This document shows, one piece after another, positions 38,461 through 50,848 of a DNA stretch of 64,000 nucleotides. The translations under genes and the position numbers were made by a program. The notes under the pieces are model-generated. The model did not search any database and was not told where the DNA came from. It saw only the letters and a list, made by a program, of their open reading frames with translations. Numbering within the stretch: the first letter of the stretch is position 1; every line of letters begins with the position of its first letter. Source of the DNA: Azolla caroliniana (lineage: Eukaryota; Plantae; Polypodiophyta); contig JBHGNT010000010.1 in assembly GCA_043228905.1 (NCBI GenBank), positions 9,858,001 through 9,922,000 of the forward strand, in the 5' to 3' direction.

Positions 38461-41264
38461 GACATATTCGTAAATATGTTTCTAAGAGCCCATCGAGGCT
38501 ACATTTGTAAATAGCCGAAAAGTCATATTAGTATAAATATGACTTAGGGCAAATATGTGTTGTAGTTGTCATTTTCTATTTTGCACGAGATTAGTGTGCG
38601 TAACTGTACAGAGAGAGAGAGAGAGAGAGAGAAAGAGGTCGATGCCTCTGTTGTAACCGCCGCCTGTGGCGAAGATTTGTGAGCACGAGGTCGGTGCCTC
38701 AGTGAACTCACTGTTGTATATTCCTACATAGTGACAGTTTGCAGCCTGTGGGCTGCAGTGGTTTTTCCCCCAGTTTGGGGTTTTCCACGTAAACCTCCTG
38801 TGTATTCTCTTCTTCTTCTTGTCGTGTTTTATTTTCCGTTTTCTGTGTATCATTCTAAGCTCGGTTGTGGCCGAGCGTCGCGCATAAGGAACGTTGTAGT
38901 TCCCGACAAGTGGTATCAAAGCAAGACGACACAGAAAATGGACGAATCGTTTGGCGGCATGTTCAAGCTCACCGGCTCCAACTATTCAGTGTGGAAGTCG
39001 AAGATGAGGGACATGCTCGTGGTTAAAGACCTCTGGCTGCCGGTTCAGTTCGGGGACAAGAGACCGGACAAAATCGATGCCGCGATATGGGAGGTGATGC
39101 ACATGAAGACAACAGGGTACATACGGTGCTTCATTGACATGAGCCTGTACAACAACTTCAATGAAGAGAGCAAGGATCATGAGCTCTGGGAGAAGATCGG
39201 CATAATGTTCCAAAACCAAAATGTTGTTAACCAGGTTTCGGTATTCTGGAAGCTAGTAAGACTCCGGTACCAAGATGGCTCCAGCATGGCGGAGCACATG
39301 AATGCCTTCCAGGGGCTGATCCACCAAGCAACTTCATTAGAAGTACCTCTCACCGATGAGGTACTTGCGTTACTCCTGCTCGGTTCCCTCCCGGATAGCT
39401 GGGAGACGTTGGTTGTCACTTTGGGCAACGCCGGGCCGGAAGGAAAACGATTATCCCTAGCAAGAGTAAAGTCAAGCTTGCTAGATGAGGAGGCGCATCG
39501 GAAAGATAAAGATACGAGCTCCGACTCCAAAGCGCTCCTTACCGAATCGGAACGTGGAAGACATAGAAACCGTAGTCCCCAGAACCGGGAGAAGTCGGGG
39601 ACACGGTCAAAGTCAAGGGGGAGGCCCACTTGCTTCTATTGAGGCAACCCGGGTCACTTCCAAAAGAACTGTAGGCATTTCCGTAAAGACAAGGAAACCA
39701 ATGGTACCGATTCAAGGCGGACCCCGGACCGGAACGGTAAAGACCGGAAGGGGACGGACCGGAAGCGAACGACGGCAATCGCGGCAAGTGAAGAAGAGTT
39801 GATGCTCATCACCGAGAAGAGTGAGATAAACCTTGTTGGCGACGAGATGACCTGGGTGGTAGACTCCGGAGCGTCGTTCCACCTTACCTCGGACCGGAAG
39901 TGCTTCTCATCCTACTCAGCTGGTCATCACGACTGTGTCCGGATGGGGAATGAAGGAACATGCCGAATTGTCGGCATAGGAGACGTGTGGCTGTTGACAC
40001 CAACGGGATGCAAGTTGCTGCTGAGGGATGTCCGACACGTTCTGGAGGTTCGACTGAACCTGATATCAGCCGGTCGGCTAGATGATGAAGGCTACACGGG
40101 TAGCATCCGGAACGGTGTCATGAAGTTCAACAAAGGGAGCCTGATTGTGGCTCTGGCCCGGAAGGTAAACACCCTGTACCTGATGAATGCTCGGTTATGT
40201 CCGGAAGAAGTGAACGTGGCTTCCGACACTGCTAGTGAGCTGTGGCACAAGAGGCTGTGTCATATGAGCGAGAAGGGGATGAAGAGGCTTGCAGACGACA
40301 ACCTCATTCCAGTGAAGAACGTGCACTTAGAGAAGTGCACTGATTGTCTGGCCGGTAAGCAAAACCAGACCTCCTTCCGACCAAGGCAACTGATGAGAGG
40401 TAATGCACCACTGGAGTTGGTGCATACAGATGTGTGTCAGGTAGACATGAAGTCACATGCCGGAGCGCAGTACTTCGTGACGTTCATAGATGACCACAGC
40501 CGGAAGCTGTGGGCCACACCACTGAAGATGAAGGATCAAGTGCTATCCGTCTTCAAAGAGCTCCACGCGAGAGTGGAAAGAGAAACCGGCCGAAAGTTGA
40601 AGGCGGTTCAAGCAGATAACGGAGGAGAATACCGGGGGTAGTTCGAGGAGTACTGCCGCTCGAAGGGAATCCGGCTCGAATTTACCGTGCCGAAGACGCC
40701 GGAACTAAACGGACTGGCCGAGAGGATGAACCGGACCATAATGAAGAGGGTCCGGAGTATGCTAGCGCATGCAAACCTACCCAAGAAGTTTTGGGCTGAG
40801 GCACTATCGACGGCGACATATGTGATAAATAGATCACCCTCAGTACCCTTGGACGGAGACACGCCACAGAGAGTGTGGACCGGTAAGGAAGTGTCCTACC
40901 GGCATCTGAAGGTGTTCGGGTGTCTCGCGTATGTGCATGTAGCAAAGGACCGGAGAGGAAAGTTAGATCCAAAGACCCGGCCATGCATATTCCTCGGTTA
41001 TGGTGACGATGAGTTCGGCTACCGAGTGTGGGACCCGGTCGACAAGAAGGTATTCCGGAGTCAAGATATTATCTTCATGGAGGACAAGACGCTCGCCGAC
41101 TGGGAGTCGAAGAAGAAGATAATGAACTCCGAGTCGACCGGTAAGGATCGACTCTACGATGAGCAGACCCAACCGACAAGAGACCAGTTAGCACTCGAAG
41201 AACCAGCCGGATACGGTGAGGCTACCGAACCGGCAGAAGGAGAATCAGAGGAAGCAGAGACCGG

Positions 41265-41432
41265 TGTCGAATACATGTGTATAATGGACGTATTCACACT
41301 ATCTCGTCTTGGCCATTTATGTAATTAGCATAAAGGGTAGTTGCCCTAAGTCGGTCACTATATATATTGACCTTGTAACCTTTTTGTAAGGTTGGCTGTT
41401 GTATTATTGCTTTGGGAAATAGAAAGTTCTTT

Positions 41433-41475
<43 letters not shown>

Positions 41476-44400
41476 AACGACCTACATTCTGTCATACGCA
41501 GGAGAAGAACAGAACTGAATGCTTCAAGATCTTCCGCATTGACGACCTCGCTTCCAACATCTGGTATCAGAGCCTGCACAGTAGTCGGTCCCTCAATCCG
41601 CTGTCGGCCGTCGTCTCAGCATTCGGTTTCCTGCGTCATTCGAAGAAGAGAGAGGAAGAAGAAAAAAAAAAAAAAAAACCAGGTTTGCATCTCATCGCGT
41701 TAGATCATCTTTGTTTGGAGTAAGCCAGCAGGCTGTACTCCGTTCCTTGTGATTGTAACCGCTCGAGGTGAAATCCCCTCGTGCAACATTGACACGATTC
41801 GTGCTCCATTCGGTTAAACGGCATCCGAAGAGGTCATCAAACGCCGCTCGCTGTAACCACTCGGTGCAGATCGGTCTCAAGACAACAACCCCAAATTCGT
41901 GCTTCATCAGGCTGATCGACATTCGAGAGGATCAGTTAGATCCATCTCTCTCGTTGCTGCAGTCACCCGAAGCAGAATCGGTCCAGATAATCGGTTTTAA
42001 TAATCGGTATTCGGCATATATATCCGAAGCGAACCGGGCTCACTCCGACTCGGCAACATTCGGGAAGACCAGTCGGCTCTGTCCCTCAAGCTACCGAAGT
42101 CAATTCGAGCAAGTTCCGAAGCCGAACCGACTCGGGTTCAAACCCGACTAGAACAATATCGGGTGAGCCAACCGGCTGCACTCCAACAAGGTCCGTAGTC
42201 AACTCCGAACCGAGCTTCGTTAACCAAAACCGAATTTGATGGCATCAACATCCGGCTCGTCAGAAATGAGTCTACGAAAGTTCGATGGATCGAACTTCAA
42301 CTTCTGGAAGGAACAAATGCAAGACTATCTCATAGTCAAGGGGCAAATCGATCCCATCGAAAATGAAGAACCTCCAGAAGGATACAAACCAATTGAGTGG
42401 CAGAAGCTGGACAGAATCGTCCGCGCCACGATTCGGATGCACCTATCGGAATCGGTATACTTTACGGTGCAATCGTGTACGACAGCATTTGAACTGTGGA
42501 AAACACTGTCGGACACTTACGAAAAGAAGGTCGCCGCAACAAAGATGTTTCTGATCCGGCGCCTCTACAACTTGCGGATGAAAGAATCCGACTCGGTTCA
42601 AGCACACCTCAATGAGTACGAAAGCATAAGCTCCCAAATCTCGTCACAGGGGACGGCAATCGAGGATGAACTCAGAGCAATGATACTCATGAGCAGCCTT
42701 CCCTCATCATGGGAAACTTTCGTCACAACTGTGTGCAACGCGTCAACCACGGCTGTTAAATACTCCGAAGTCACGAGTGCAATCTTGACCGAAGCAGCTC
42801 GGAGAAAGTCTTTCGCCAAAGACTCAACAGACGACGCTTACGTAGTACAAGGTTCGACAGACCGATCGAATATACGAGGAAGAGATTCCTCACGGCCGCC
42901 GAACAATCAGCGAAGACGGAGCCAGTCACGGGATAACCGAATCTGCAACTACTGCAAGAAACCCGGACACATCAAAGCCGACTGCCGCGCACTCAAGAAC
43001 AAGAACAACAAGAAGAGTGGCCGGCATGAGGAGATCAATTACGTCAGCTTCTCAGCTGATGTGCTACCAGACGACCCGAACATACTATCAATCGAAAATC
43101 CAGTTGGCTCAGAAGTTCTGCTCACGACTGAAGAATCGAGCACATGGCTCTTGGATTCGGGCGCGTCGTTTCACGTGACTCCTCATCGATCCCAATTTCG
43201 GCAATACACGATCCGTCACTCCGACTCAGTTCGGGTCGGTAACTCGCAACACTGTGACATCATCGGAATCGGCACAGTAGAGCTCAACCTTGCAGGTGGC
43301 TCTACACTTGTACTCCACAATGTCCGACATGTACCCGAGCTCTCACGGCCATTGATCTCAGTCGGACAACTAGATGAAGACGGCATTCGTGCCGGTTTTT
43401 CTTCGGGAGGGTGGACACTCCACAGGGGGAACCTCCTGCTTGCTAGAGGACCCAAGATACACTCCCTGTATCCGTTACATGTTACGCTCAGAGAGGGTAA
43501 CCTGTTTTTGGTGGATATTCCTGTGTCATCACTATGGCACCGAAGATTAGGACACCTCAGCAAGGCCGGCATCACGCACCTATCTAGAGCCGGATACATC
43601 CCCAAACTCTCCTTCTCCGACCATCAATTCTGCGAGCATTGCCAGTATGGCAAACAAGCAGCCACATCACACCCGACATCAGCACCAAGAGAATCGAGAC
43701 CTCTCGATTTGGTCCACTCGGACGTCTGTGGCCCAATGCCGCATCAGTCTCTCGGTGGTGCCTCTTACTTCGTCACTTTTATTGACGATTCGACTCGAAA
43801 GGTGTGGGCTTATCCAATTCGCACCAAAGATCGGGTCTTCTCGATCTTCACCGATTGGCTCGCTATGGTAGAAAATCAAACCGACCGAAAGCTGAAATGC
43901 CTTCGGACAGACAATGGGGGAGAGTTTAAATCTGAAGAATTCGTCAAATTCTGCCGACAACGCGGCATCCGACGAGAATTTACGGCACCACACAGTCCGG
44001 AGCAAAACGGGATTGCCGAACGCATGAATCGGACAATCCAAGAACGGACAGTTTCCATGCTCCAACACTCCGGACTGTCGGATGGCTTCTGGGCAGAGGC
44101 TCTACTCACGGCAGTACACATAATCAATATGTCGCCAAGTAGACCTCTAGGACTTCAAATTCCTCAGGAACTATGGATCGGCAGTAAGCCGAATTACGAC
44201 AAGCTGAGGATCTTCGGATGCGAGGCGTACACCCTTATTCCGAAAGATGATCGCCGAAAACTTGCACCTCGGTCCAGGAAATGCATTTTCCTTGGATATG
44301 GATCCAACGGCGAAATGGGATACCGACTCTGGGACCCCGAACGCAGACAAATCGTTCGAAGTTCGGACGTTGTGTTCAACGAGTCGGCCATGAATCCATC

Positions 44401-46616
44401 AGTCGAAAAACCGATCGAAGTCCGAAGGGTAACCTTTTCCGATGTGCCGACCCTTCAAGAAGGCCCCGCTCTCAACACACGGTCAGCTTCACGGGTAGCT
44501 GAACCTTACACTACCGACTCGGACAACTCCGACTCGGCACAGCAGAACAATCCGCTTTCGGACCATCCGACCACGATACCCGATGCGACCAGTCCAATCA
44601 TGCCTCGACGATCCGAGAGACTGTCGCAACCTCCGGAGAGGTATTCTCCTGGAATTTTCTTCACCGACGCCGGCGAACCGACGTCTTACGAAGAAGCATC
44701 GACATCCGTCGATTCAGCCACCTGGCATCTGGCGATGGAGTCGGAAATGCACTCCATTCGGGCAAACAAGACTTGGGATCTGGTCGAATTACCTAGGAAC
44801 CGACGTGCTCTTCCTTGCAAGTGGGTTTATCGACTAAAAGAGACGTCTGATTCGACCACCCCAAAGTACAAGGCCAGACTAGTTGCGAAGGGCTTCCGAC
44901 AAGAATACGGCGTCGACTTCGACGAGATTTTTTCACCAGTGGTGAAAATGACAACCCTTCGCTTCCTACTCGGCGTAGTGGCAGCCGACAACTTGGAGCT
45001 GATTCAGCTAGATGTCAAAACAGCATTCCTCCATGGTGATCTAGACGAGGAAATTTATATGGAGCAGCCAAAAGGCTTCGTGGCGACTGGCCAAGAACAT
45101 CTAGTCTGCCGACTCAGGAAGAGTCTATACGGCCTCAAACAGGCACCGCGACAATGGTACAAGAAGTTCGACGACTTCATCACATCGATCGGCTTCTCAA
45201 AAAGCGATGAGGACCATTGTCTCCTCACCAACACAGCTCAAGATGGATCACCCATCTTCCTCATCATTTACGTGGACGACATGCTAATTTCTGGACGCCA
45301 CGCGGGCGAACTTGCCGATCTCATTCGGCAACTGCGGTTGAAGTTTGCCATGAAGGATCTCGGTCCGGCACGACACATACTCGGCATGAAGATCAGTCGG
45401 CATCGCGACAAACGACACCTTTTTTTGTCTCAGACCGACTATATCGGACGTGTCTTGGAACGCTTCAACATGCAATCAGCCAAATCTGCTTCAACCCCGC
45501 TCCCTATGAATCTTCGGCTCTCTCAGCGAGACTGCCCGACATCCGGTCCGGAGGGGGAAGATATGAAGTCGGTACCGTATGCACCGGCAGTCGGCTCCCT
45601 TATGTACCTGATGGTCGCGACACGGCCTGATATCTCTCATGCCGTAGGAGTCGTTAGCAGATTTATGCACAATCCTGGCCGATCGCATTGGAACGCAGTC
45701 AAGCATGTGTTCAGATATCTGGCTGGCACAAAAGACCATGGCATTCTTTTCGGACCGAACCGAACCTCAGGCGTAGTCGGTTACACCGACTCGGACTTCG
45801 CCGGCTGTATAGACAGTCGGAAATCAACAACCGGATACTGCTTCAAATTCGGCAATGGAGCAATCTCGTGGAAGTCGAAACTTCAGGAGTGCACAGCGAC
45901 CTCAACGACCGAAGCAGAATATGTAGCTGCGTCCGACGCAGCAAAAGAAGCTTTGTGGCTCGGTCGGCTGGCGCACACGTTTCGACAAGTCGACCATGAC
46001 TCGGCTCCAGTTGTCTACAGCGACAGTCAAGGTGCTGTTGCCTTGTCAAAAAATCCGGTTCACCACAACGCCTCCAAACATATCGACGTTCGATATCACT
46101 TCGTTCGGGACTGCGTCATTTCAGGGAAAATCGGTCTAGAGAAAATATCCACAACCGACAATGTCGCAGATGGAATGACCAAGTGTCTTTCGGCAGACCG
46201 TTTTCGGTCTCTTCGGCATCAGATGGGCGTAACGGCAAACCAGTCCGGTTAGAGCCGGACACAGAGCAGGATGGTTCCCGACAACCAACATCAGTTCCTT
46301 AATGATCGGCTTCAACTGTTCCGACCCGACCAGTTCGGTCTTCTGCCTTCGGGCCCTGCCGACTCGAACAAAGCTGATATGTCCGAGAACCTAAGTCTAT
46401 ACCTGTAATCTCAGATAACCCATGTATACGCCCATTACGGGGGAGTGTCGAATACATGTGTATAATGGACGTATTCACACTATCTCGTCTTGGCCATTTA
46501 TGTAATTAGCATAAAGGGTAGTTGCCCTAAGTCGGTCACTATATATATTGACCTTGTAACCTTTTTGTAAGGTTGGCTGTTGTATTATTGCTTTGGGAAA
46601 TAGAAAGTTCTTTTGT

Positions 46617-46666
<50 letters not shown>

Positions 46667-46750
46667 AACGACCTACATTCTGTCATACGCAGGAGAAGAA
46701 CAGAACTGAATGCTTCAAGATCTTCCGCATTGACGACCTCGCTTCCAACA
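41265..46750 (+). mobile_element. Intact young Ty1/copia element F nested in E; LTRs 41265-41559 and 46446-46750
   Basis: TG..CA LTRs, identical by eye except for the (GT)(CT)n tract. TSD ACCGG (41260-41264, 46751-46755). PBS TGGTATCAGAGCC 41562-41574 (tRNA-iMet). PPT ACGGGGGAG before 46446. Confidence 0.98.
42239..46252 (+). CDS. Copia Gag-Pol polyprotein of element F (gag, CCHC, PR, INT, RT, RH), uninterrupted
   Basis: Single 1337-aa ORF with CNYCKKPGHIKADC, WLLDSGASFH, LWHRRLGH..CEHC, VHSD..RTDNGGEF..AE, YVDDML, YTDSD..TEAEY..DSQ..ADGMTK. Confidence 0.98.
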   Translation: MASTSGSSEMSLRKFDGSNFNFWKEQMQDYLIVKGQIDPIENEEPPEGYKPIEWQKLDRIVRATIRMHLSESVYFTVQSCTTAFELWKTLSDTYEKKVAATKMFLIRRLYNLRMKESDSVQAHLNEYESISSQISSQGTAIEDELRAMILMSSLPSSWETFVTTVCNASTTAVKYSEVTSAILTEAARRKSFAKDSTDDAYVVQGSTDRSNIRGRDSSRPPNNQRRRSQSRDNRICNYCKKPGHIKADCRALKNKNNKKSGRHEEINYVSFSADVLPDDPNILSIENPVGSEVLLTTEESSTWLLDSGASFHVTPHRSQFRQYTIRHSDSVRVGNSQHCDIIGIGTVELNLAGGSTLVLHNVRHVPELSRPLISVGQLDEDGIRAGFSSGGWTLHRGNLLLARGPKIHSLYPLHVTLREGNLFLVDIPVSSLWHRRLGHLSKAGITHLSRAGYIPKLSFSDHQFCEHCQYGKQAATSHPTSAPRESRPLDLVHSDVCGPMPHQSLGGASYFVTFIDDSTRKVWAYPIRTKDRVFSIFTDWLAMVENQTDRKLKCLRTDNGGEFKSEEFVKFCRQRGIRREFTAPHSPEQNGIAERMNRTIQERTVSMLQHSGLSDGFWAEALLTAVHIINMSPSRPLGLQIPQELWIGSKPNYDKLRIFGCEAYTLIPKDDRRKLAPRSRKCIFLGYGSNGEMGYRLWDPERRQIVRSSDVVFNESAMNPSVEKPIEVRRVTFSDVPTLQEGPALNTRSASRVAEPYTTDSDNSDSAQQNNPLSDHPTTIPDATSPIMPRRSERLSQPPERYSPGIFFTDAGEPTSYEEASTSVDSATWHLAMESEMHSIRANKTWDLVELPRNRRALPCKWVYRLKETSDSTTPKYKARLVAKGFRQEYGVDFDEIFSPVVKMTTLRFLLGVVAADNLELIQLDVKTAFLHGDLDEEIYMEQPKGFVATGQEHLVCRLRKSLYGLKQAPRQWYKKFDDFITSIGFSKSDEDHCLLTNTAQDGSPIFLIIYVDDMLISGRHAGELADLIRQLRLKFAMKDLGPARHILGMKISRHRDKRHLFLSQTDYIGRVLERFNMQSAKSASTPLPMNLRLSQRDCPTSGPEGEDMKSVPYAPAVGSLMYLMVATRPDISHAVGVVSRFMHNPGRSHWNAVKHVFRYLAGTKDHGILFGPNRTSGVVGYTDSDFAGCIDSRKSTTGYCFKFGNGAISWKSKLQECTATSTTEAEYVAASDAAKEALWLGRLAHTFRQVDHDSAPVVYSDSQGAVALSKNPVHHNASKHIDVRYHFVRDCVISGKIGLEKISTTDNVADGMTKCLSADRFRSLRHQMGVTANQSG

Positions 46751-49700
46751 ACCGGAACCGGCCAAGACCCCGAATCGGATTCGGATGAAGAGCAGATGGA
46801 TGAGCCGGTCACGGAAGCCCAGAGACGGAGATATCCTCTCAGAGAGAGAAGGGCCCCCCGGAGATTTACGGATGCAGAGCATGTTCTGTTGACCGATGAG
46901 GGGGAGCCGGAAAGCTTCAAAGAAGCGAATGATGACACCCACAACCGAAAATGGTTAAGTGCCATGCAGGATGAGATGGATTCCCTGCATGAGAACCATA
47001 CGTACGAATTGGTGGAGTTGCCGAAAGGAAAGTGGGCACTCCAAAACAAGTGGGTGTACAAGTTGAAACCGGGAGATGCCGGAAAACCCCCGAGATACAA
47101 AGCCAGGATCGTGGTGAAGGGGTTCCAGCAGAAGAAGGGCATGGACTTCGACGAGATATTTGCCCCAGTAGTAAAGATGACCTCCATCCGGACGGTGCTG
47201 AGTATAGCTGCAAGCATGGACCTCGAGGTAGAGCAGTTGGACGTGAAGACGACATTCCTTCACGGTGACCTTGAAGAGGAGATCTACATGCAGCAACCGG
47301 AAGGTTTCGTGGAGAAAGAGAAGGAGCACCTGGTATGCCGGTTGAAGAAGAGCCTGTACGGACTGAAGCAGGCTCCCCGACAGTGGTACCGGAAGTTCGA
47401 CTCCTTCATGACCGATCAAGGGTACCACAAGACGCAGGCCGATCACTGCGTGTTTGTGAAGAAGTTTGAAGGAGGGGACTTCCTAATACTCCTTCTGTAC
47501 GTGGATGACATGTTGATCGTCGGACGGGACCAAGTCAAAATACGGATGCTGAAGAAGGCTCTCAACCGGACCTTCTCAATGAAAGACTTGGGTCCGGCAA
47601 GACAGATGTTGGGGATGCACATCATCCGGAACCGGTCAACGAAGCAATTAATGCTGTCACAGGAGAAGTATGTGACAAAGGTGCTTCACCGGTTCAACAT
47701 GTCAGAAGCGAAACCGGTCGGATCGACACTTCCAGCAAATTGCAAGCTATCCGGTAAGCAAAGCCCGAAGACGAAAGCAGAGAAGGCGGATATGATGAAG
47801 ATTCCATATGCCTCTGCTGTCGGGAGCTTGATGTACGCTATGGTGTGTACCCGATCGGATATAGGATACGCAGTCGGAGTGGTGAGCCGGTTCATGAGTA
47901 ATCCCGGCAAGGAGCACTGGAACGCGGTCAAATGGATACTCCGGTATTTGAAGGGCACTTCAAATATGTGTCTTCGATTCGGCTCCGGAAAACCTCAACT
48001 GGACGGTTTCACCGATTCAGACATGTCAGCTGATGTGGATACCAGCCAGTCTACATCCGAGTATGTAATGACATATGTAGGGGGAGCCGTTTTGTGGCAG
48101 TCGAGGCTGCAGAAGACAGTTGCATTGTCAACCACGGAGGCGGAGTACATGGCAGCGGTGGAAGCCGGCAAGGAAATATTATGGATGAAGGACTTCATCG
48201 GAGATCTCGGTATCCGGCAAGAGGAATACAGACTCTATTGCGACAGTGAAAGTGCCATCCACCTTGCTAAGAATGCAGCCTACCATTCTCGGACGAAGCA
48301 TATCCAGCGAAGATATCATTGGATCCGGGAAAGAGTAGATGACCAGGAGTTCGCGCTGACGAAGATCCACACGACCGAGAACGGGTCAGATATGCTGACC
48401 AAAGTTCTGATACCCGACAAGCTGGATGCATGCAGGAAGCGGATCGGACTGATCAGACACCCCATGCCGGAGTGAAGGGGGAGTTTGTTGGGAGACAGGT
48501 TTCACTTGTCTTCTAGCGCCATGTCCTCTATGTGCGTCGTTCGCACTTCCACTGGCTTCTCCGGCTCTGGCTCTGTCGACAACCTCTTCCTCTTCACCAA
48601 CTCCTTCTTGGCGATCCCGGACACTTCCCTCAGCGACAACTCCAGTTTGTTGTCAAGGATACGTTCCTCCAGGACCTTTTGCAGGTCCGTGTTCCTTTCG
48701 ATTTCCGTGCTCAACCAATACCCGGCCTTCTTGGCTTTATCCGGTGCACTGGTCGCACCGGCCTCATTCTGCCTTTGACCGAATCGGGTCTTGTACCGTT
48801 GCGAGGGCCCGGCCCCTCCGGTTTTACCTACTCGCTTGTCTTCCACCAAAACCTCGTAGTTCTGGCATACGGCTTCAATGAAGCCCGTCTTCTCTTTGAC
48901 CGGGTCGCTCCACCCAGTTACCTCCCGGACCCGTTTTTCCGCGCGGTCCGCTTCTTCTTTCCTTAGCCATGCGCCAGCGAGGCCTTTCAGCATCAACGGC
49001 CAGAATTCGGCCTCATTCGTCTTTCGGGCCTCACCACCTCCAACCCGGATCCCAGCCGACGCCGAGTAGTGGACGGTCTCCACGTGGCGAGCCGCCACTT
49101 CTCCATTAGCCGTTTTATACCCCCTCGTCCGACATTTAGGTCTAGGGCCCTTCGGATCTCGCTAGCGTGCACCCAACCGTTCCATAGGTACACCACGTTG
49201 GCTCTCATTGCCTCGACGAAGTCCCCGCAGTCCTTCCGGACGTGGCCGACCACTCCGCACCACAAACACCGGTTTCCAGCCAGAGGCCTTCGGTCACGGG
49301 CATGTTTACCGCCGTCCCTCTGTGCCTGTGCAATCTGGAGGTCCTTTACCATCCTAGTAATCTCCTCTAGAGATGCTCCTCCGGATGAGCCTTTGACCAT
49401 GCCGGTCGAAGTCGATCCGGTCTCGAGCCAGTCTCGGGTCTCTTCCCTTCGCGCTCACGGGGTTGGCTCGAGTTTCCTTGCTGCTACAGAGCCCACCCCT
49501 GTTGACCCTTTATCGACCCAATCTCGTCGTTTGTCGAAATGGCCACAGACTCTCTTCACCACGGCCCAGTCGGCCGTCAGCCCGTCATTAGTCTCTAGTA
49601 GGAGACCCACTTGCTCCCGATCCCTCGCATCCACCGACTTAACGAACAGCAGGACGCGACTTGTGTCTAGTACGGTCCGGTCCAGCGCCGAAAGACGCGC

Positions 49701-50364
49701 GAAGCGTTCTTCAAACTTCCGGAGGAGCACCAACGTGTTTCTTCCCTTTTCGGGGGTCTCTATCCATTCCATGAAGTCCCGTTTCGAGAGCCGAAGCGCG
49801 TCATCAAGCCCGTATTTTTCGAGGAGCCGACCTTCAAACTCCTCCCAGGTCCGGCTCTCAGCTTGTACCTCGAGCACCTCCGCATGGATGCCCGACATCG
49901 CCACCCGAGGGAACCCGGTCAGTCACCTTTCTTCCGGAATGTCTCTCATTACCATCTCGGCCCGGTAGGCCTCCAAATAGCTCGTGGCGTCCTTCCCACC
50001 GAACCGGCCTATCGTGCCGACGACCGCTTCAATAGCCCTATCGAGGGTGCATGCGCCTTCGGGCGCACTCACTATCCGATCCATAGCCGAAGCCATGGCT
50101 TCCGCGAGATCCGACCCCCTCATCTTTCTATTCCTCTACCGCTTGTTCACATCGGGTTCACCAAATACGTCGCGTTGTTACGCGCGTGCGTGGGGAACGA
50201 GGCGGGACCATCGGGGTCTTGGACCGAGAAATAGCTGAGAAGGAGGAGAGCGGAAACGCAACGGACGCACTTGCACACGCACAGACACGGGAGCACACAG
50301 GAATCATAGTCGAACAACACAACAAAATGAGACGACTAGAAGTCTGAGTATATGAACACGTATG

Positions 50365-50406
<42 letters not shown>

Positions 50407-50848
50407 GACGGTTACAACTAACATGCCGGCAAGGCGAACACCGACGCCTGTTCACTCACACACAGAAGAGCAAGATGGAGACTCTGCCGGAAGCACACGG
50501 GCGTTCCACGGAGCAGAGTCAGCCTCCCGAAAACCTACGCAAAAAATGCTATGGAGAGTGGCAGAGGAGAAGGGCTCAGTCCCAGTCCGGCAGCACTTCG
50601 TCCTCTCGAACGCGCGATACCTTTTTCATTCCTGTCCCTCTCTTTTATAGCCCAAGGAGGGAGGCCATTATCATCCGTTACATCACATTAATTCTCTCCC
50701 TATTGAATGCGTGCTACCTAGGATTTCACCTCAGCCGACTTGTACCTACCTACTTACTATACAACGAAAAGTGTGCTCACGTGTAAGGGCTGGTTTACAC
50801 ATGCTAAACTTGGTTTCCGCCTAGGGACGGTTTTCTTCATGACATCGT

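Larger units (their letters stand above)
38239..48500 (+). mobile_element. Ty1/copia element E (Tnt1/Tork-like) nested in B; 5' LTR 38239-38908; 3' LTR truncated to 15 bp (48486-48500)
   Basis: PBS TGGTATCAAAGC at 38911-38922 (tRNA-iMet, one mismatch). Gag-pol runs from ATG 38938 to 48475 with in-frame stops at 39640 and 40639 and is split by element F. Motifs WVVDSGASFH, LWHKRLCH, LYVDDML, RTKHIQRRYHWIRE. PPT AGTGAAGGGGGAG. Confidence 0.95.
34144..50844 (-). mobile_element. Ty3/gypsy element B nested in A; LTRs 34144-34802 (3') and 50168-50844 (5'); tRNA-Trp PBS; 4-bp TSD
   Basis: The two LTRs are clearly homologous with TGTC/CGTC...GACA ends. TSD TCGT at 34140-34143 and 50845-50848. PBS TGGTGAACCCGATGTGAA (50163-50146). 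PPT GGTTAGGTGGGGGCAGA (34803-34819). Gag 48502-50123, RT 36683-37735 (PFLDDIPIKG), RH, INT (KWMVDLV..ADRGE), all degenerate. Confidence 0.95.

Noticed and set aside
49069-49968. 299-aa plus-strand ORF, and similar long antisense ORFs at 402-1124 and 46585-47217
   Set aside because: Antisense shadows of gag/pol with Ser-rich composition and no independent motifs.
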